From Vicinamibacteria bacterium (GTDB lineage: Bacteria; Acidobacteriota; Vicinamibacteria; Marinacidobacterales; Marinacidobacteraceae): 64,000 nucleotides of DNA. Where the stretch lies: the NCBI GenBank assembly GCA_963668695.2, contig CAXXLQ010000004.1, positions 1,632,001 to 1,696,000 of the forward strand, given 5' to 3'. Of this stretch, positions 51,911 to 61,578 are shown in pieces; position 1 is the stretch's first letter, and each line of letters starts with the position of its first letter. The translations under genes were made by a program, and so were the position numbers. Below the pieces are notes generated by a model. The model was not told the origin of the DNA. It made no database searches and saw only the letters and a program-made list of their open reading frames with translations.

Positions 51911-53362
51911 TCACGCGGCGATGCATTGCATGATCCTCTTGGTTTCGACGCGAAGCAGCAGTTCGTCGTTCTGCGTGATCGGCCTTCCATGAATCGTGTC
52001 GAGGCGGACTGGTTGCAAGCGCTGGAACGACTCGCGGACACTCTCCGGACGGCCAAAGAACGATCTGAACACCTGTTCCCAGTTGTCTCGCTCACATACG
52101 ACTAGCGCGCAGTCATTGACGTCGGCATAGGCAATCAGGGGGCACGAACGCCCAGCGAACCGACCTGCCGCCTCCTGCTTCGATGTCCACTCGTCATACT
52201 TGTGATCGGGAAGCTGGTGCTGTGGCCAGTCTGGGCCAAACGCTCGGTTCATTTTGCTGTCGATGAAGCGACGCACTTGGCTCTCGAGGCCCTGAAGCCA
52301 TTCGTGGGCCTCGCGGGTGCGGGAGAGGACTTCTGCCTCGTGGGCGGGTTGCGCCGCGGATTGCGGCGGCTCGTAGGTGTCGACCAGGGAAGGAGGTTCG
52401 GATTGAATCGTGGTCGCTGCGGCCTCGCGAAAGGCCGGGGCGGGCATGTCGGTGAGATCCATGTCGAAACCGAGGTCGGCGTAGAACTCTGCGCGAGCAC
52501 TGAGGTCGGTCCAGATTTCGTCTGGCCACGCGATTGCATCGCGCCAATCGCCGAGGCTTGTACGGAGAGTGTTTGCAACGGCAGGCTCGAAGCCCGCCTC
52601 ATGGGCGATGAGTTCGCCGATACTTTGCAAGCTCAACAAACGCTGGACGGAGCCGAGTTCGTTGCCGACGTTGAGCCAAGGGCTCTTGATGGACTCGATG
52701 ACGCGTTCCAGTTCGGTGGTTCCGCCCCATAGCTGGGTAGTGGTCTGCAACTCCGCAATCAGCCTCGAAATCTCCGCCGAGGCCGGAAGGCGGAACTGTT
52801 CGTTGTAGTTGGCCAGCCACTGCTGGGTGAGGCTGAGTTCGTGGCAGAAGCTGGTATCGAAGACCCCCGCACGCTGGAGCTCGTCGAGCGGACTCTCGAG
52901 TGCGCGCAGGAGCTGGCGATTGCTGCCAAGGACGCGGAGAGATCGTTCGGCGGTTCGGAGTTGATCGCAAAGAGCCACGTTGTGTTCGATGATCCGGAAC
53001 GCCCAAGCAGCGCTGGCGGAGATGTTCTGCATTTCTCTGGCCGTGCGGGCAGCTTCCCGAATTACTTCGACTTGGTGTGGGGTGATCTGCTCTATGCGCG
53101 ATGCTGCGTCGATCTCAGCCTGGCGGATCTGCCAGGTCTGCTGCAGGTTGAGCCAAAACTGTGCGGTTGTGTCGAAATAGCGACCTAGGCGAAGGGCGGT
53201 GTCGGCGGTAATGCCGCGGTCGCCGTTCAGGATCGCGGTAACTCGATTAGCTGGTACACCAATCGCTTTCGCCAACGCCCTGGCCGAGAGACCGAGGTCG
53301 TTGAGTTCCTCGCGAAGGATCTCGCCCGGATGAACGGGGGCCATGCCGCTCTTGATGGTCAT
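51911..53362 (-). CDS. higA: HigA antitoxin (HTH) fused to a Swt1-like HEPN domain
   Basis: N-terminal PVHPGEILREE...GITADTALRLGRYF...FWLNLQ. C-terminal LESQVRRFI...FGPDW...LIAYAD...DNWEQVF...RLDTIH (Rx4H). Confidence 0.8.
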   Translation of the reverse strand: MTIKSGMAPVHPGEILREELNDLGLSARALAKAIGVPANRVTAILNGDRGITADTALRLGRYFDTTAQFWLNLQQTWQIRQAEIDAASRIEQITPHQVEVIREAARTAREMQNISASAAWAFRIIEHNVALCDQLRTAERSLRVLGSNRQLLRALESPLDELQRAGVFDTSFCHELSLTQQWLANYNEQFRLPASAEISRLIAELQTTTQLWGGTTELERVIESIKSPWLNVGNELGSVQRLLSLQSIGELIAHEAGFEPAVANTLRTSLGDWRDAIAWPDEIWTDLSARAEFYADLGFDMDLTDMPAPAFREAAATTIQSEPPSLVDTYEPPQSAAQPAHEAEVLSRTREAHEWLQGLESQVRRFIDSKMNRAFGPDWPQHQLPDHKYDEWTSKQEAAGRFAGRSCPLIAYADVNDCALVVCERDNWEQVFRSFFGRPESVRESFQRLQPVRLDTIHGRPITQNDELLLRVETKRIMQCIAA

Positions 53363-53378
53363 GTTCGCTGGGCCTCCC

Positions 53379-53657
53379 TCAATGGTAGTCGGCGATCTCT
53401 ACGTCAAATGGACCGTCGTCGGCCCATTTGAAACAGATGCGCCATTGGGCGTTGATCCTGATGCTGTACTGCCCGGTACGATCTCCGCTGAGCCCCTCCA
53501 GCCGGTTGCCTGACAGGCCGGCCAGATCGCGCAAAGCGTCCGCGCTGTTGAGGATGGTCAGCCGACGTGTGGCTTGCCTTTCGAACGCCTGAAACCGCGC
53601 CACACCGGTACCCTCGAAGAATCGCCTAGTGTCCTTGTCCTTGAAGCTTCGGATCAT
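53379..53657 (-). CDS. higB: HigB toxin (RelE/ParE superfamily)
   Basis: MIRSFKDK...GNRLEGLSGDRTGQYSIRINAQWRICF...VEIADYH. Toxin-first gene order. Confidence 0.93.
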   Translation of the reverse strand: MIRSFKDKDTRRFFEGTGVARFQAFERQATRRLTILNSADALRDLAGLSGNRLEGLSGDRTGQYSIRINAQWRICFKWADDGPFDVEIADYH

Positions 53658-53677
53658 GCAGGTCGCGGAGCACAGGA

Positions 53678-53701
53678 GTTATGCGTTACGTAAAGCATAA
53701 C
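53678..53701. promoter_or_regulatory. Palindromic operator upstream of higB
   Basis: GTTATGCGTTACGTAAAGCATAAC, a 24-bp near-perfect AT-rich palindrome 21 bp before the higB start. Confidence 0.65.
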
Positions 53702-53889
53702 ATATCTCGTGACGATGGTTGACTCGATGCCGGTGCATGGTGTCTCTTCATGCGCCGAATTGGACCCTTCGCTCTACTTATCATCCCCAATTGATCCCTC
53801 GCGGAGGCTTCTCTCACCCGTCCACTGGCCGGGACGTGGCACCCGAGTGAGTCTTCCGTTCGCGGCTGGTCGTCAGCGCGCCGCTCTAA

Positions 53890-54068
53890 CAGCCTGTGGT
53901 GAAACCCATGTGAGCGCCGAGGCCGGTGAGGCGCCCGGCTGACAAGGCGCGTGAGGGAGGAATACCGGGTGTATTTCGACCGAAACGCAACGCAGAACGC
54001 AGCGAAGCGGAGTGGTTCAGCCGGGATGGATCGCCGGTCGAACGCCGCGTGGGTTTTGCCACAGGCTG
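53890..54068. mobile_element. MITE family A, empty 179-bp reference copy
   Basis: TIRs CAGCCTGTGG / CCACAGGCTG, flanks CTAA / TTAA, no 18-mer. Confidence 0.9.
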
Positions 54069-54364
54069 TTAACCCGCGCCACCACGTCCCGGACCTGATC
54101 CGCGAATCCCCGCGCGTTTCTCCATCACCTCCGCCTCGTCGAGTGTGGTGATCTCGCCGTCGCGCACCACGGTCCGTCCGTTCACCAGCACCGTCCGGAT
54201 ATCGCTGCCAGGGTCACGTACACGAGGTGGGAATACGGACGGTTGAGCGGGGTCATTCCGGCCCGTCGGGTCTCCACCAGCACGATGTCGGCCATCTTGC
54301 GCACTTCGAGGGAGCCGATGTGGTCCTGCTGGTTGAGCACCCGGGCGCCGCTGATGGTGGCCAT
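54069..54364 (-). pseudogene. Frameshifted duplicate of the 3' end of the amidohydrolase 55775-57202
   Basis: MATISGARVLN..IGSLEV.K.ADIVLVETRRAGMTPL.RPYSHLVYVT, then a frameshift to DIRTVLVNG...DEAEVMEK. Confidence 0.85.
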
Positions 54365-54400
54365 CCGGAACGCGGGACTTTACGTTCCAGCGGGAACGTC

Positions 54401-55483
54401 TCAGCCGCCCGGCCGGTTGGCGACGATCGCGATCCGGGCGCCGTCCGGACTCACGGCGAGACGGGTGATGCCCTGGACGCCGCGGTCCGAGAAGTCGGCG
54501 ATCTCCGCCCAGTGCGAGCCCTCCGACCAGGAGAACAGGCGCGAGCCGTCGCCCATCAGGATCTCGCCCTCCGGCGTCCACGCGTAGTCCTCGCGGCCCG
54601 GCAGGGTTCGCGTGATCCGCACCGCGGTTATCGCGGCGGGGTCGAGGCGTTCGATCCACCACTCCTCGTCCGAAACCTTGCGCACGAAGGAGATCTCCTC
54701 CGTCCCCGGAATCCGGTGGATGGACCGGCCCGGGCGCTCGGCGACGATCCGGATCTCCCCGCTCAGCGCGTCCCCGACCTGGAGGGTGGGCGGACTGCCG
54801 AGGATGAACATCGCGACGACATGTTCGTTGGCCCACGCGTGGTACCCCACCGGCTCGGCGGTGGCGAAGACCGGCCCCACCGCTTCGCCGGAAAGGTCGT
54901 AGCGCCACAGGTACTGCTTGCCGCGGATTTCGTGGATCGCGGAGAAGGCCTCCTGTCCGGGGATCTGGAGCGCCGAGAACTCGCTCGCCTCCTCCGTGTG
55001 CGTCACCTGCTCAGAGGCTCCGGGGCCGGCGCCGGATCCCGTCCGGGAGGTCACCCCAAGGCGCATGATTTCGGTCTGGCGCCGGTCCAGCGCCGCCGTG
55101 TGGAGGATGGCCGAGCCGTCGAGGAGGAAGCTGGGCTGGTTGTCGTAGGCGTCGCGGTCGGTCGCCTGCTCCAGGTCGGAGATCGAGAGCGCGCCGCCGT
55201 CGCGGACGAGGGTCCCCAGCCAGATGTCGGTGGCGGGTGCCCCCGCGGCCGTCGGCGTGTAATCCTCGGGCGCCGGTCCGATCTCGGGCATCGGCCCGTC
55301 CGGGGGCTCGGCCGGGAAGGAGAGCGCTGAACCCGCCTCCGCGGTCGCCCGCTTCTCGCCGGCTCCCGCCCCCGTCTCGTCACGGTCACCCGTAGCGCAG
55401 CCCGCCAGAGCCACCGTTGCGCATCCACCGAGCAGCAGGGCCGTCGCCAGGCGCGCCGCCCACCGCAGTCTCCGCTGGGTCAT
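54401..55483 (-). CDS. TolB-like beta-propeller lipoprotein
   Basis: Lipobox (LGGC/LAGC), YDNQPSF, VGYHAW, WTPEG, AVSPDG. Confidence 0.75.
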   Translation of the reverse strand: MTQRRLRWAARLATALLLGGCATVALAGCATGDRDETGAGAGEKRATAEAGSALSFPAEPPDGPMPEIGPAPEDYTPTAAGAPATDIWLGTLVRDGGALSISDLEQATDRDAYDNQPSFLLDGSAILHTAALDRRQTEIMRLGVTSRTGSGAGPGASEQVTHTEEASEFSALQIPGQEAFSAIHEIRGKQYLWRYDLSGEAVGPVFATAEPVGYHAWANEHVVAMFILGSPPTLQVGDALSGEIRIVAERPGRSIHRIPGTEEISFVRKVSDEEWWIERLDPAAITAVRITRTLPGREDYAWTPEGEILMGDGSRLFSWSEGSHWAEIADFSDRGVQGITRLAVSPDGARIAIVANRPGG

Positions 55484-55578
55484 TCGTTCCGTCCTTCTTC
55501 GTCTTGTGTCGCGGATCCCGTGACCCGCACATTGTCTCCCAAGCGAACCCCGCGGTAGAGCCGCACCGGTGGCGTTAA

Positions 55579-55793
55579 CAGCCTGTGGTGAAACTCACGT
55601 GAGCGCCGAGGCCCCCACCGGGAGAACTGGCGGCGAGGCGCCCGGCTGACAAGGCGCGCGAGGGAGAAATACCGAGTGTATTTCGACCGAAGCGCAACGA
55701 TGAGCGACGCATAGCGGCGCGGTTCAGCCGGGATGGATCGCTGGCCGAGCCCCCACCGGGAGAACTGGGCCGCGTCACTCCGTTCGCGGACTG
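55579..55793. mobile_element. MITE family A copy with two 18-mers
   Basis: 215 = 179 + 2x18. Flanks TTAA / TTAA. Confidence 0.85.
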
Positions 55794-57202
55794 TTAACCC
55801 GCGCCACGACCTCGCGCACCTGATCGGCGAAGCCCCGCGCCTTCTCCATCACTTCCGCCTCGTCGAGCGTCGTGATCTCGCCGTCGCGCACCACGATCCG
55901 GCCGTTCACGAGGACCGTTCGAACGTCGCTGCCGCGGGTCACGTACACGAGGTGGGAGTAGGGGCGGTAGAGCGGGGTCATCCCGGCGCGACGGGTCTCG
56001 ACGAGCACGATGTCCGCCTTCTTGCCGACTTCGAGAGATCCGATGCGGTCGTGCAGATTGAGCACCCGCGCGCCGCCCATGGTGGCCATTTCGAACACTG
56101 TCTCGGCAGGTAGCGAAGTCGGGTCCCCGTTCGCGAACTTGTGGAGCTTGGCCGCGGTATCCATCTCTCCGAACATGTCGAGGTCGTTGTTGCTCGCCGG
56201 GCCGTCGGTTCCGAGTCCCACCGGGACGCCGGCGGCGAGGAGCGCCTCGACCGGCGCCGCCCGGTCCGCCCCGAGCTTCATATTGCTCTCCGGGTTGTGG
56301 GCCACCCCCGCGCCGCCCGCTGCGATCCGGGCGATGTCCTCGTCCGAGAGATAGGTGCCGTGGGCAAGCACGGTCCCGGGACGAAGGGCCCCGATGGAAT
56401 CGAGCGCCTCGATCGTGCGCATGCCGATCGCCGCCTCGATCCGCTCGTCCTCGTCGCGCGCTTCGACGACGTGGATCTGGAAAGGCGCGTTGTAACGGTC
56501 CGCGATCTCGAAGGCGGCGCGGGTGGGCTCCAGCGGGGTGGTGTAGAGGGCGTGCGCCGCGGTTCCCGGGATGAGGAGCGGATGGTCCCGATACTTCTCG
56601 AAGAAGGCGTCCGCCTCGGCGAGCGATTCCTCCGGGGTCGCGAAATCGGGGGTCGGAAAGCCGATCACGTGCGGGCCGACCACTGCCCGGATTCCGGCCT
56701 CGATGGTGGCGCGGGCGACCTCGTCCCGGAAGTAGTACATGTCGGTGAAGGTGGTGGTTCCGCTCTTCAGCATCTCGATGGAGGAGAGGAGCGTTCCCCA
56801 GTAGACGAAATCGGGGGCCACGAGTTCGGCTTCGGCGGGAAAGATGTTCTGCTCCAGCCAGTCCATCAGCGGCAGGTCGTCGGCGAGGCCCCGGAGCAGC
56901 GACATGGCGGCGTGCCCGTGGGTGTTGATCAGGCCGGGGATGACCAGTTGGCCGGTCGCATCCAGGGTGGGGATCCCGGCCGGCCGGGGCGCCACCCGGT
57001 CGAAAAGACCAACGATCCGGTCGCCCTCGACCAGCACTGCTCCGCCTTCCAGGATCGTCCCCGCCTCGTCCATGACCACCACCGTGCCCCCGTCGATCAG
57101 GAGGCGCTCCGCGGCCTGAACCTCCGGCGCTTCGGAGCCCGTGCAGGCGGCGCCGGCGAGCGGAACGGCGAGGAGCAGGCTGTGGGTCGGGATCGGAGTC
57201 AT
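55775..57202 (-). CDS. Amidohydrolase, MTA/SAH deaminase-like (possible lipoprotein)
   Basis: PGLINTHGHAAM.LLRG.ADD, HALYT, IHVVE, HNPESNMKL, GTDGPASNN. Confidence 0.9.
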   Translation of the reverse strand: MTPIPTHSLLLAVPLAGAACTGSEAPEVQAAERLLIDGGTVVVMDEAGTILEGGAVLVEGDRIVGLFDRVAPRPAGIPTLDATGQLVIPGLINTHGHAAMSLLRGLADDLPLMDWLEQNIFPAEAELVAPDFVYWGTLLSSIEMLKSGTTTFTDMYYFRDEVARATIEAGIRAVVGPHVIGFPTPDFATPEESLAEADAFFEKYRDHPLLIPGTAAHALYTTPLEPTRAAFEIADRYNAPFQIHVVEARDEDERIEAAIGMRTIEALDSIGALRPGTVLAHGTYLSDEDIARIAAGGAGVAHNPESNMKLGADRAAPVEALLAAGVPVGLGTDGPASNNDLDMFGEMDTAAKLHKFANGDPTSLPAETVFEMATMGGARVLNLHDRIGSLEVGKKADIVLVETRRAGMTPLYRPYSHLVYVTRGSDVRTVLVNGRIVVRDGEITTLDEAEVMEKARGFADQVREVVARVNSPRTE

Positions 57203-57259
57203 GGAGCGGTCCTTCGGCGGGTGGCGGGAAACCCTACCGGAAGGGAAGCTGCGTGCGCT

Positions 57260-59134
57260 TCAGGCGGGTTCACTGCGAAAGCGGCCCTTCCGGAGCCGGT
57301 TCATCGCCGCGGCGATCTCGTAGCGGCGGGGACGGGCCAGCCAGCCGGGATGAGTGCCGGCGCGACCCTCGGCGGTGAGCGATTCGAGGCCTGCCTCGTC
57401 GAGCCGGGCTTCGAGGGCGTCGAGCAGTTCGCCGACCGAGAGCCCTGCGAATTGCCGAACGGCGACGGCCACGGCGTACCCGGCGGCCCGGGTCTGGCTC
57501 TCGTCGAAAAGCTGTTCTACCGCCCGGAGGTCCACCTCCTCCTCTCCGTAGAGGAGGAGATCGCGCCGCGTTGCCCGGATGCGCGGCGTTCCCTTACGGC
57601 CGGCCGGGTCAAAGCTCTCGGGCTCCGGATGCCGTACCCGGCCGCCGAAGCTCGCCGCGGCGGCCTCGGGAGACCGCCGGGTCGGATATTGAGCCCCCAC
57701 TTCGCGCGCCAGGGCCGTGACCTCGCGCGGCCGGTAGTCCGCCAACTGGATCACGGTGTCGGCGGCGTCGAAGTAGTCCCCGGAGCCGCCCATCACCAGA
57801 ATGGTCGAGACCCGGTGGCTCTCGTAGAGCTCCCGCACCCGGTCGAGGAGGGCGACGATCGGCTCCGCGTCGCGCTCCACCAGCGCCTGCATCCGGGCAT
57901 CGCGGATCATGAGGTTGGTGGCCGAGGTGTCTTCGTCCATCAGCAGCAGCCGGGAACCCGCCTCCAGCGCCTCGACGATCGAAGCCGCCTGACTGGTGCT
58001 GCCGCTCGCGTTCTCGGTGGTGAACGCCGTGGTCGGCCGTCCTCCGGGCAACTCGCGGATAAACGGACTCACGTCCACGGAGGACACCGCGCGTCCTTCT
58101 TCGGCGCGGATCGTCGTGGCGTCGGTCCGGGTCACGACCCGCTCCCGTCCGTCTCCGGGAATGTGTGGGACCACCGAGCGGGCCAGCGCCTGGAGCAGGG
58201 TGGACTTTCCGTGGAAACCGCCGCCCACGATCAGGGTGACGCCTTCGGGAATTCCCATGCCGGAGATCTCCGGGGGGCCGCTGCCGGAGTGGAGCAGCGG
58301 GAGGCTCACCCGCAGCGAGGCCGGGCTCTCGAAAGCGACGACCCCGTCGCGAAGCGGGCGTTCGCTCGCACCGTGCGCGCGCGGGAGCACCGCGCCGTCG
58401 GCGACGAAGGCCGCCAAGCCCCGGGCACCGAGTTGGGAGCGGAGGTGTTCCTGGTCTTCGACGATGTCCACGAAGGACGGTGCGCCTCCGTCGGGCAGGT
58501 TCCGGAAAACGAGCGCCTCCCGGGCGATCCGGGGGAGCTCGCCGGCCAGCAGGTCGGCGGCCCGCTGTCCCAGGATGCGGCGGCCGGCCGCCGGCAGACC
58601 AACCTCGAGACGGGCCTCTACGGAAGCAGGTTCGGTTCCGTCGCCGAAGATGTGGACCGCAGTGCGCTCCAGCACCTCCTGTCTGCCCGCGTCGACCCGG
58701 ACTACCCCGCTGTTCCCCGACCCGGAGCGATTCCCGGAGCGCGGGATCGCCTGGTCCACGCGGCGCGCCAGGTAGTCGGAGAGCCCGATCCGCCGGACCC
58801 GATTCCGGAAGAGCTCCGGCGGGAACCCCGCCACCCCTCCGTCCACCCGGAGCCGGACGCGCGACGGGGGAGCGAAAGGGTCGCGGGCTACCCGGTCCAC
58901 GAAAACGGTGATCCCGTCCCCGAGGGACCATTGCCCTTCGAGGTCCCGGTAGGCCGGGTATCCGCGTCCGTCGAGACGGCAGCACGCGGCGGCGAGATCG
59001 GACCCGTTCCGGCCGGCGCCGCCGCGCTCTCCGCCGCGGGGGAACGGGCCGGCTCGATACGCGGTGATGGGTTTCTCCTCGGGTGCCGGCCCGACGCCAC
59101 GAGACGGGCGGCGCCCCGGATCGGGCGCGATCAT
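57260..59134 (-). CDS. ABC-ATPase domain-containing protein (ABC_ATPase family)
   Basis: DPFAPPSR, GVTLIVGGGFHGKSTLL, NASGSTSQAA, LMDEDTSATN. Start uncertain. Confidence 0.85.
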   Translation of the reverse strand: MIAPDPGRRPSRGVGPAPEEKPITAYRAGPFPRGGERGGAGRNGSDLAAACCRLDGRGYPAYRDLEGQWSLGDGITVFVDRVARDPFAPPSRVRLRVDGGVAGFPPELFRNRVRRIGLSDYLARRVDQAIPRSGNRSGSGNSGVVRVDAGRQEVLERTAVHIFGDGTEPASVEARLEVGLPAAGRRILGQRAADLLAGELPRIAREALVFRNLPDGGAPSFVDIVEDQEHLRSQLGARGLAAFVADGAVLPRAHGASERPLRDGVVAFESPASLRVSLPLLHSGSGPPEISGMGIPEGVTLIVGGGFHGKSTLLQALARSVVPHIPGDGRERVVTRTDATTIRAEEGRAVSSVDVSPFIRELPGGRPTTAFTTENASGSTSQAASIVEALEAGSRLLLMDEDTSATNLMIRDARMQALVERDAEPIVALLDRVRELYESHRVSTILVMGGSGDYFDAADTVIQLADYRPREVTALAREVGAQYPTRRSPEAAAASFGGRVRHPEPESFDPAGRKGTPRIRATRRDLLLYGEEEVDLRAVEQLFDESQTRAAGYAVAVAVRQFAGLSVGELLDALEARLDEAGLESLTAEGRAGTHPGWLARPRRYEIAAAMNRLRKGRFRSEPA

Positions 59135-59191
59135 AGTGCGGCACCGGAAGCCGGCAGGACCGCGGCGCGGGAAGTACCATGACCGGCAAGC

Positions 59192-60181
59192 ATGGGATCC
59201 GCTGGCGGAGGGCGTTCGTACTGGGCCGATCAGACCGGGGAGCTGCGTTCCCGGCTGGCCGCCGCGGTGCCGCCTGCCGAGTTGCGGCGGCTCCACCGGC
59301 GTCGGCCGTTCCTTCACTTCCTCGTTCTGGGTTGGCAGTTCCTGCTGCTCTTCGGGGCCGGCGCGGTCGCCTGGAGGGCTTCCGAATGGTGGATCTGGAT
59401 TCCGGCCGCCGTGGTTGTCGGGTTTACGGTCTTCAACTTCACCGTGATGCTCCACGAGGTGGTGCACCTGCTGGTCTTTGGCGGCAGCGGACGCTCCGGC
59501 TACCGGGTGCTCCGCCATCTCTACGCGTTCCCGAGCGGGATCTCGGCGACCCAGTTCACCCGCTGGCACCTCGATCACCACGCCCAGCTGGGAGACGCCG
59601 AGGCGGACCCGAAACGGCACTGGCTCTCCCCGAAACGGAACGCGCGCTGGTTCAAGGCGCTCTACCTGACGCCGGCGCTCATCGCCATCTATTTCCGGGC
59701 CGCCCGCCGTGAGTCAGCGGGTTACCCGGAAGAGATCCGGCGCGCCATCGCGCGGGAGCGCACCCTGACGATGGTGGGACACCTGTTGATCCTGGCCGGA
59801 CTGATTGCCGCCGGCGGATTCTTCGCGGCCTCCAAGGCCTACCTGATCCCGGTATTCCTCGTGTTTCCGGTGGCCTTCACCGTGAACCGGCTCGGCCAGC
59901 ACTACGACATCGTGCCCGAGAACCCGGCGCTCTGGGGCAGCGTGCTGCGGCCGTCACGGTTCTGGGACGTGGCGTTCCTGTGGTCGGGATACCACCTCGA
60001 GCACCACTATTTCCCGCGCGTGCCCTTCTACAACCTCCGGGAACTCCATTTCCAGCTCCGGCCGTTCTTCGACGAAATCGGAGCGCAGCCCACGAGCTAC
60101 GGGAGACTCCTCTGGCAGTGGTTCGTCCACAACCGCGCGCCCCACACCGACTGGAGGAGGCCCGCGGAATCGGCCTCCTAG
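59192..60181 (+). CDS. Fatty acid desaturase family protein
   Basis: His boxes HEVVH, HLDHH, HLEHH. TM segments. Confidence 0.88.
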   Translation: MGSAGGGRSYWADQTGELRSRLAAAVPPAELRRLHRRRPFLHFLVLGWQFLLLFGAGAVAWRASEWWIWIPAAVVVGFTVFNFTVMLHEVVHLLVFGGSGRSGYRVLRHLYAFPSGISATQFTRWHLDHHAQLGDAEADPKRHWLSPKRNARWFKALYLTPALIAIYFRAARRESAGYPEEIRRAIARERTLTMVGHLLILAGLIAAGGFFAASKAYLIPVFLVFPVAFTVNRLGQHYDIVPENPALWGSVLRPSRFWDVAFLWSGYHLEHHYFPRVPFYNLRELHFQLRPFFDEIGAQPTSYGRLLWQWFVHNRAPHTDWRRPAESAS

Positions 60182-60604
60182 CAGCCCGTGGTGAAAGCAC
60201 CCCGCACGAGCCCCAGGACGTCCCGCGCGCCGAATCTGGCGGTTTGGGTGCGTGCGGGGCGCTTTCCCCACGGGCAAGCAGCCTGTAGACAGAGTCTCGT
60301 GGCGTTCGAGCGGCGTTGCATCCCGGCTGAACCGCCCCGCTTCGCGTGGCTCATCGTTGCGCTTCGGTCGAAATACACCCGGTATTCCTCCCTCGCGCGC
60401 CTTGTCAGCCGGGCGCCTCGCCCCCACCGGGAGGACTGGCCGCTCTCGGCGCTCACGCCACTCTGTCCACAGGCTGCTGGTGGTGCGAATCGCTGCACGA
60501 TTCGCTCCACCGTCTCTTGTGGGGAGGGGAAACCCCTCCCCACACCCCACCTCCGCGCCGCTACGCGCCGCGAATGGATGCCTTCAGGGTTTCACCACAG
60601 GCTG
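60182..60604. mobile_element. MITE family B with a nested family A copy (60279-60476)
   Basis: 423 = 221 + 198 + 4. Outer flanks CTAG / TTAG. Inner TIRs CAGCCTGTAGAC / GTCCACAGGCTG. Confidence 0.85.
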
Positions 60605-60664
60605 TTAGCGGGTGAGGGCCCGGTTCTCCCGGTGAGGGCGCCCGGCCATGGCAGAATGGGTGTC

Positions 60665-60907
60665 ATGGCCGAGGGAGTCGTGAAGTGGTACGACCGCAAC
60701 CGGGGCGAAGGATTCATCCAGCGCTTCGACGGGCCGGACGTCCACGTGCCGAGCAGCGCCCTGCTGGACCCGGAGCCGGGGTTCCTGATCGAGGGTCAGG
60801 CGGTGGAGTTCGAGCTGCTCAAGATTCCCGGAGGTTTCCGTGCTCGCGGGGTGCGGGTGGTGGCGTCGGGGTTCCGCCGGGGTCCGAAAGCGTCGGCTTC
60901 GCAGTAG
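60665..60907 (+). CDS. Cold-shock domain protein
   Basis: GVVKWYD..RGEGFI...DVHV..SAL...EGQAVEF. Confidence 0.85.
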   Translation: MAEGVVKWYDRNRGEGFIQRFDGPDVHVPSSALLDPEPGFLIEGQAVEFELLKIPGGFRARGVRVVASGFRRGPKASASQ

Positions 60908-60969
60908 GTTCGCCAAGCCCTTTGGGCATGCCGCGCTCAGTTCGTCGGGCGCTGTGGTTTTTCCGTTAA

Positions 60970-61203
60970 CAGCCTGTGGTGGAACCCGGGTGAGCGCCGA
61001 GAGCGGTCAGTCCTCCCGGTGGGGGCGAGGCGCCCGGCTGACAAGGCGCGTGAGGGAGGAGCCCCCACCGGGAGAACTGGCCCGAGTGTATTTCGACCGA
61101 AACGCAACGCCGAGCGCCGCAAAGCGCCAGTTCTCCCGGTGGGGGGGCGGTTCAGGCGGGATGGATCGCCGCTCGAACGCCGCCTGGGTTTCACCACAGG
61201 TTG
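60970..61203. mobile_element. MITE family A copy with three 18-mer-type insertions
   Basis: 234 = 179 + 18 + 18 + 19. Perfect TTAA duplication. Confidence 0.88.
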
Positions 61204-61239
61204 TTAAGCCCTGGTGCCGCCCCCGCCCGGGACGCCGGG

Positions 61240-61578
61240 CTAGAACTTCTTGAGAGCCTCGTCTTCGGAGTCCGTAATCGTCAGGATCTGATTGAAACCG
61301 CTGATCTTGAAGACCTCGAGGATGTGCTCCTTCATCTTGCAGAGAACCAGCTTGCCCTTCACCCCGGCCAGCCTCTTGGCGAGAATCAGCAACACTCGCA
61401 TTCCCGTCGAGTTGATGTAGTCCAACCCTCCGAAATTCATCACTACCTGCGTGGCGCCGTCCGGCCCGATGGCGTGCGCCATCACCGCTTGCTCGAACTC
61501 GCCGCTCGTGCGGGTGTCGATGCGCCCCTGGGGCGAGAGCACGAGAACACCGTTCTTCGTCTCATCTGTCAGGTTCAT
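61240..61578 (-). CDS. STAS anti-sigma factor antagonist
   Basis: GRID, LDYINSTGMRVLL, VFKISGF. Confidence 0.9.
   Translation of the reverse strand: MNLTDETKNGVLVLSPQGRIDTRTSGEFEQAVMAHAIGPDGATQVVMNFGGLDYINSTGMRVLLILAKRLAGVKGKLVLCKMKEHILEVFKISGFNQILTITDSEDEALKKF

Noticed and set aside
56141-59182. 1013-aa plus-strand ORF
   Set aside because: Antisense shadow of the amidohydrolase and ABC-ATPase genes. The same applies to most other overlapping ORFs in the track.
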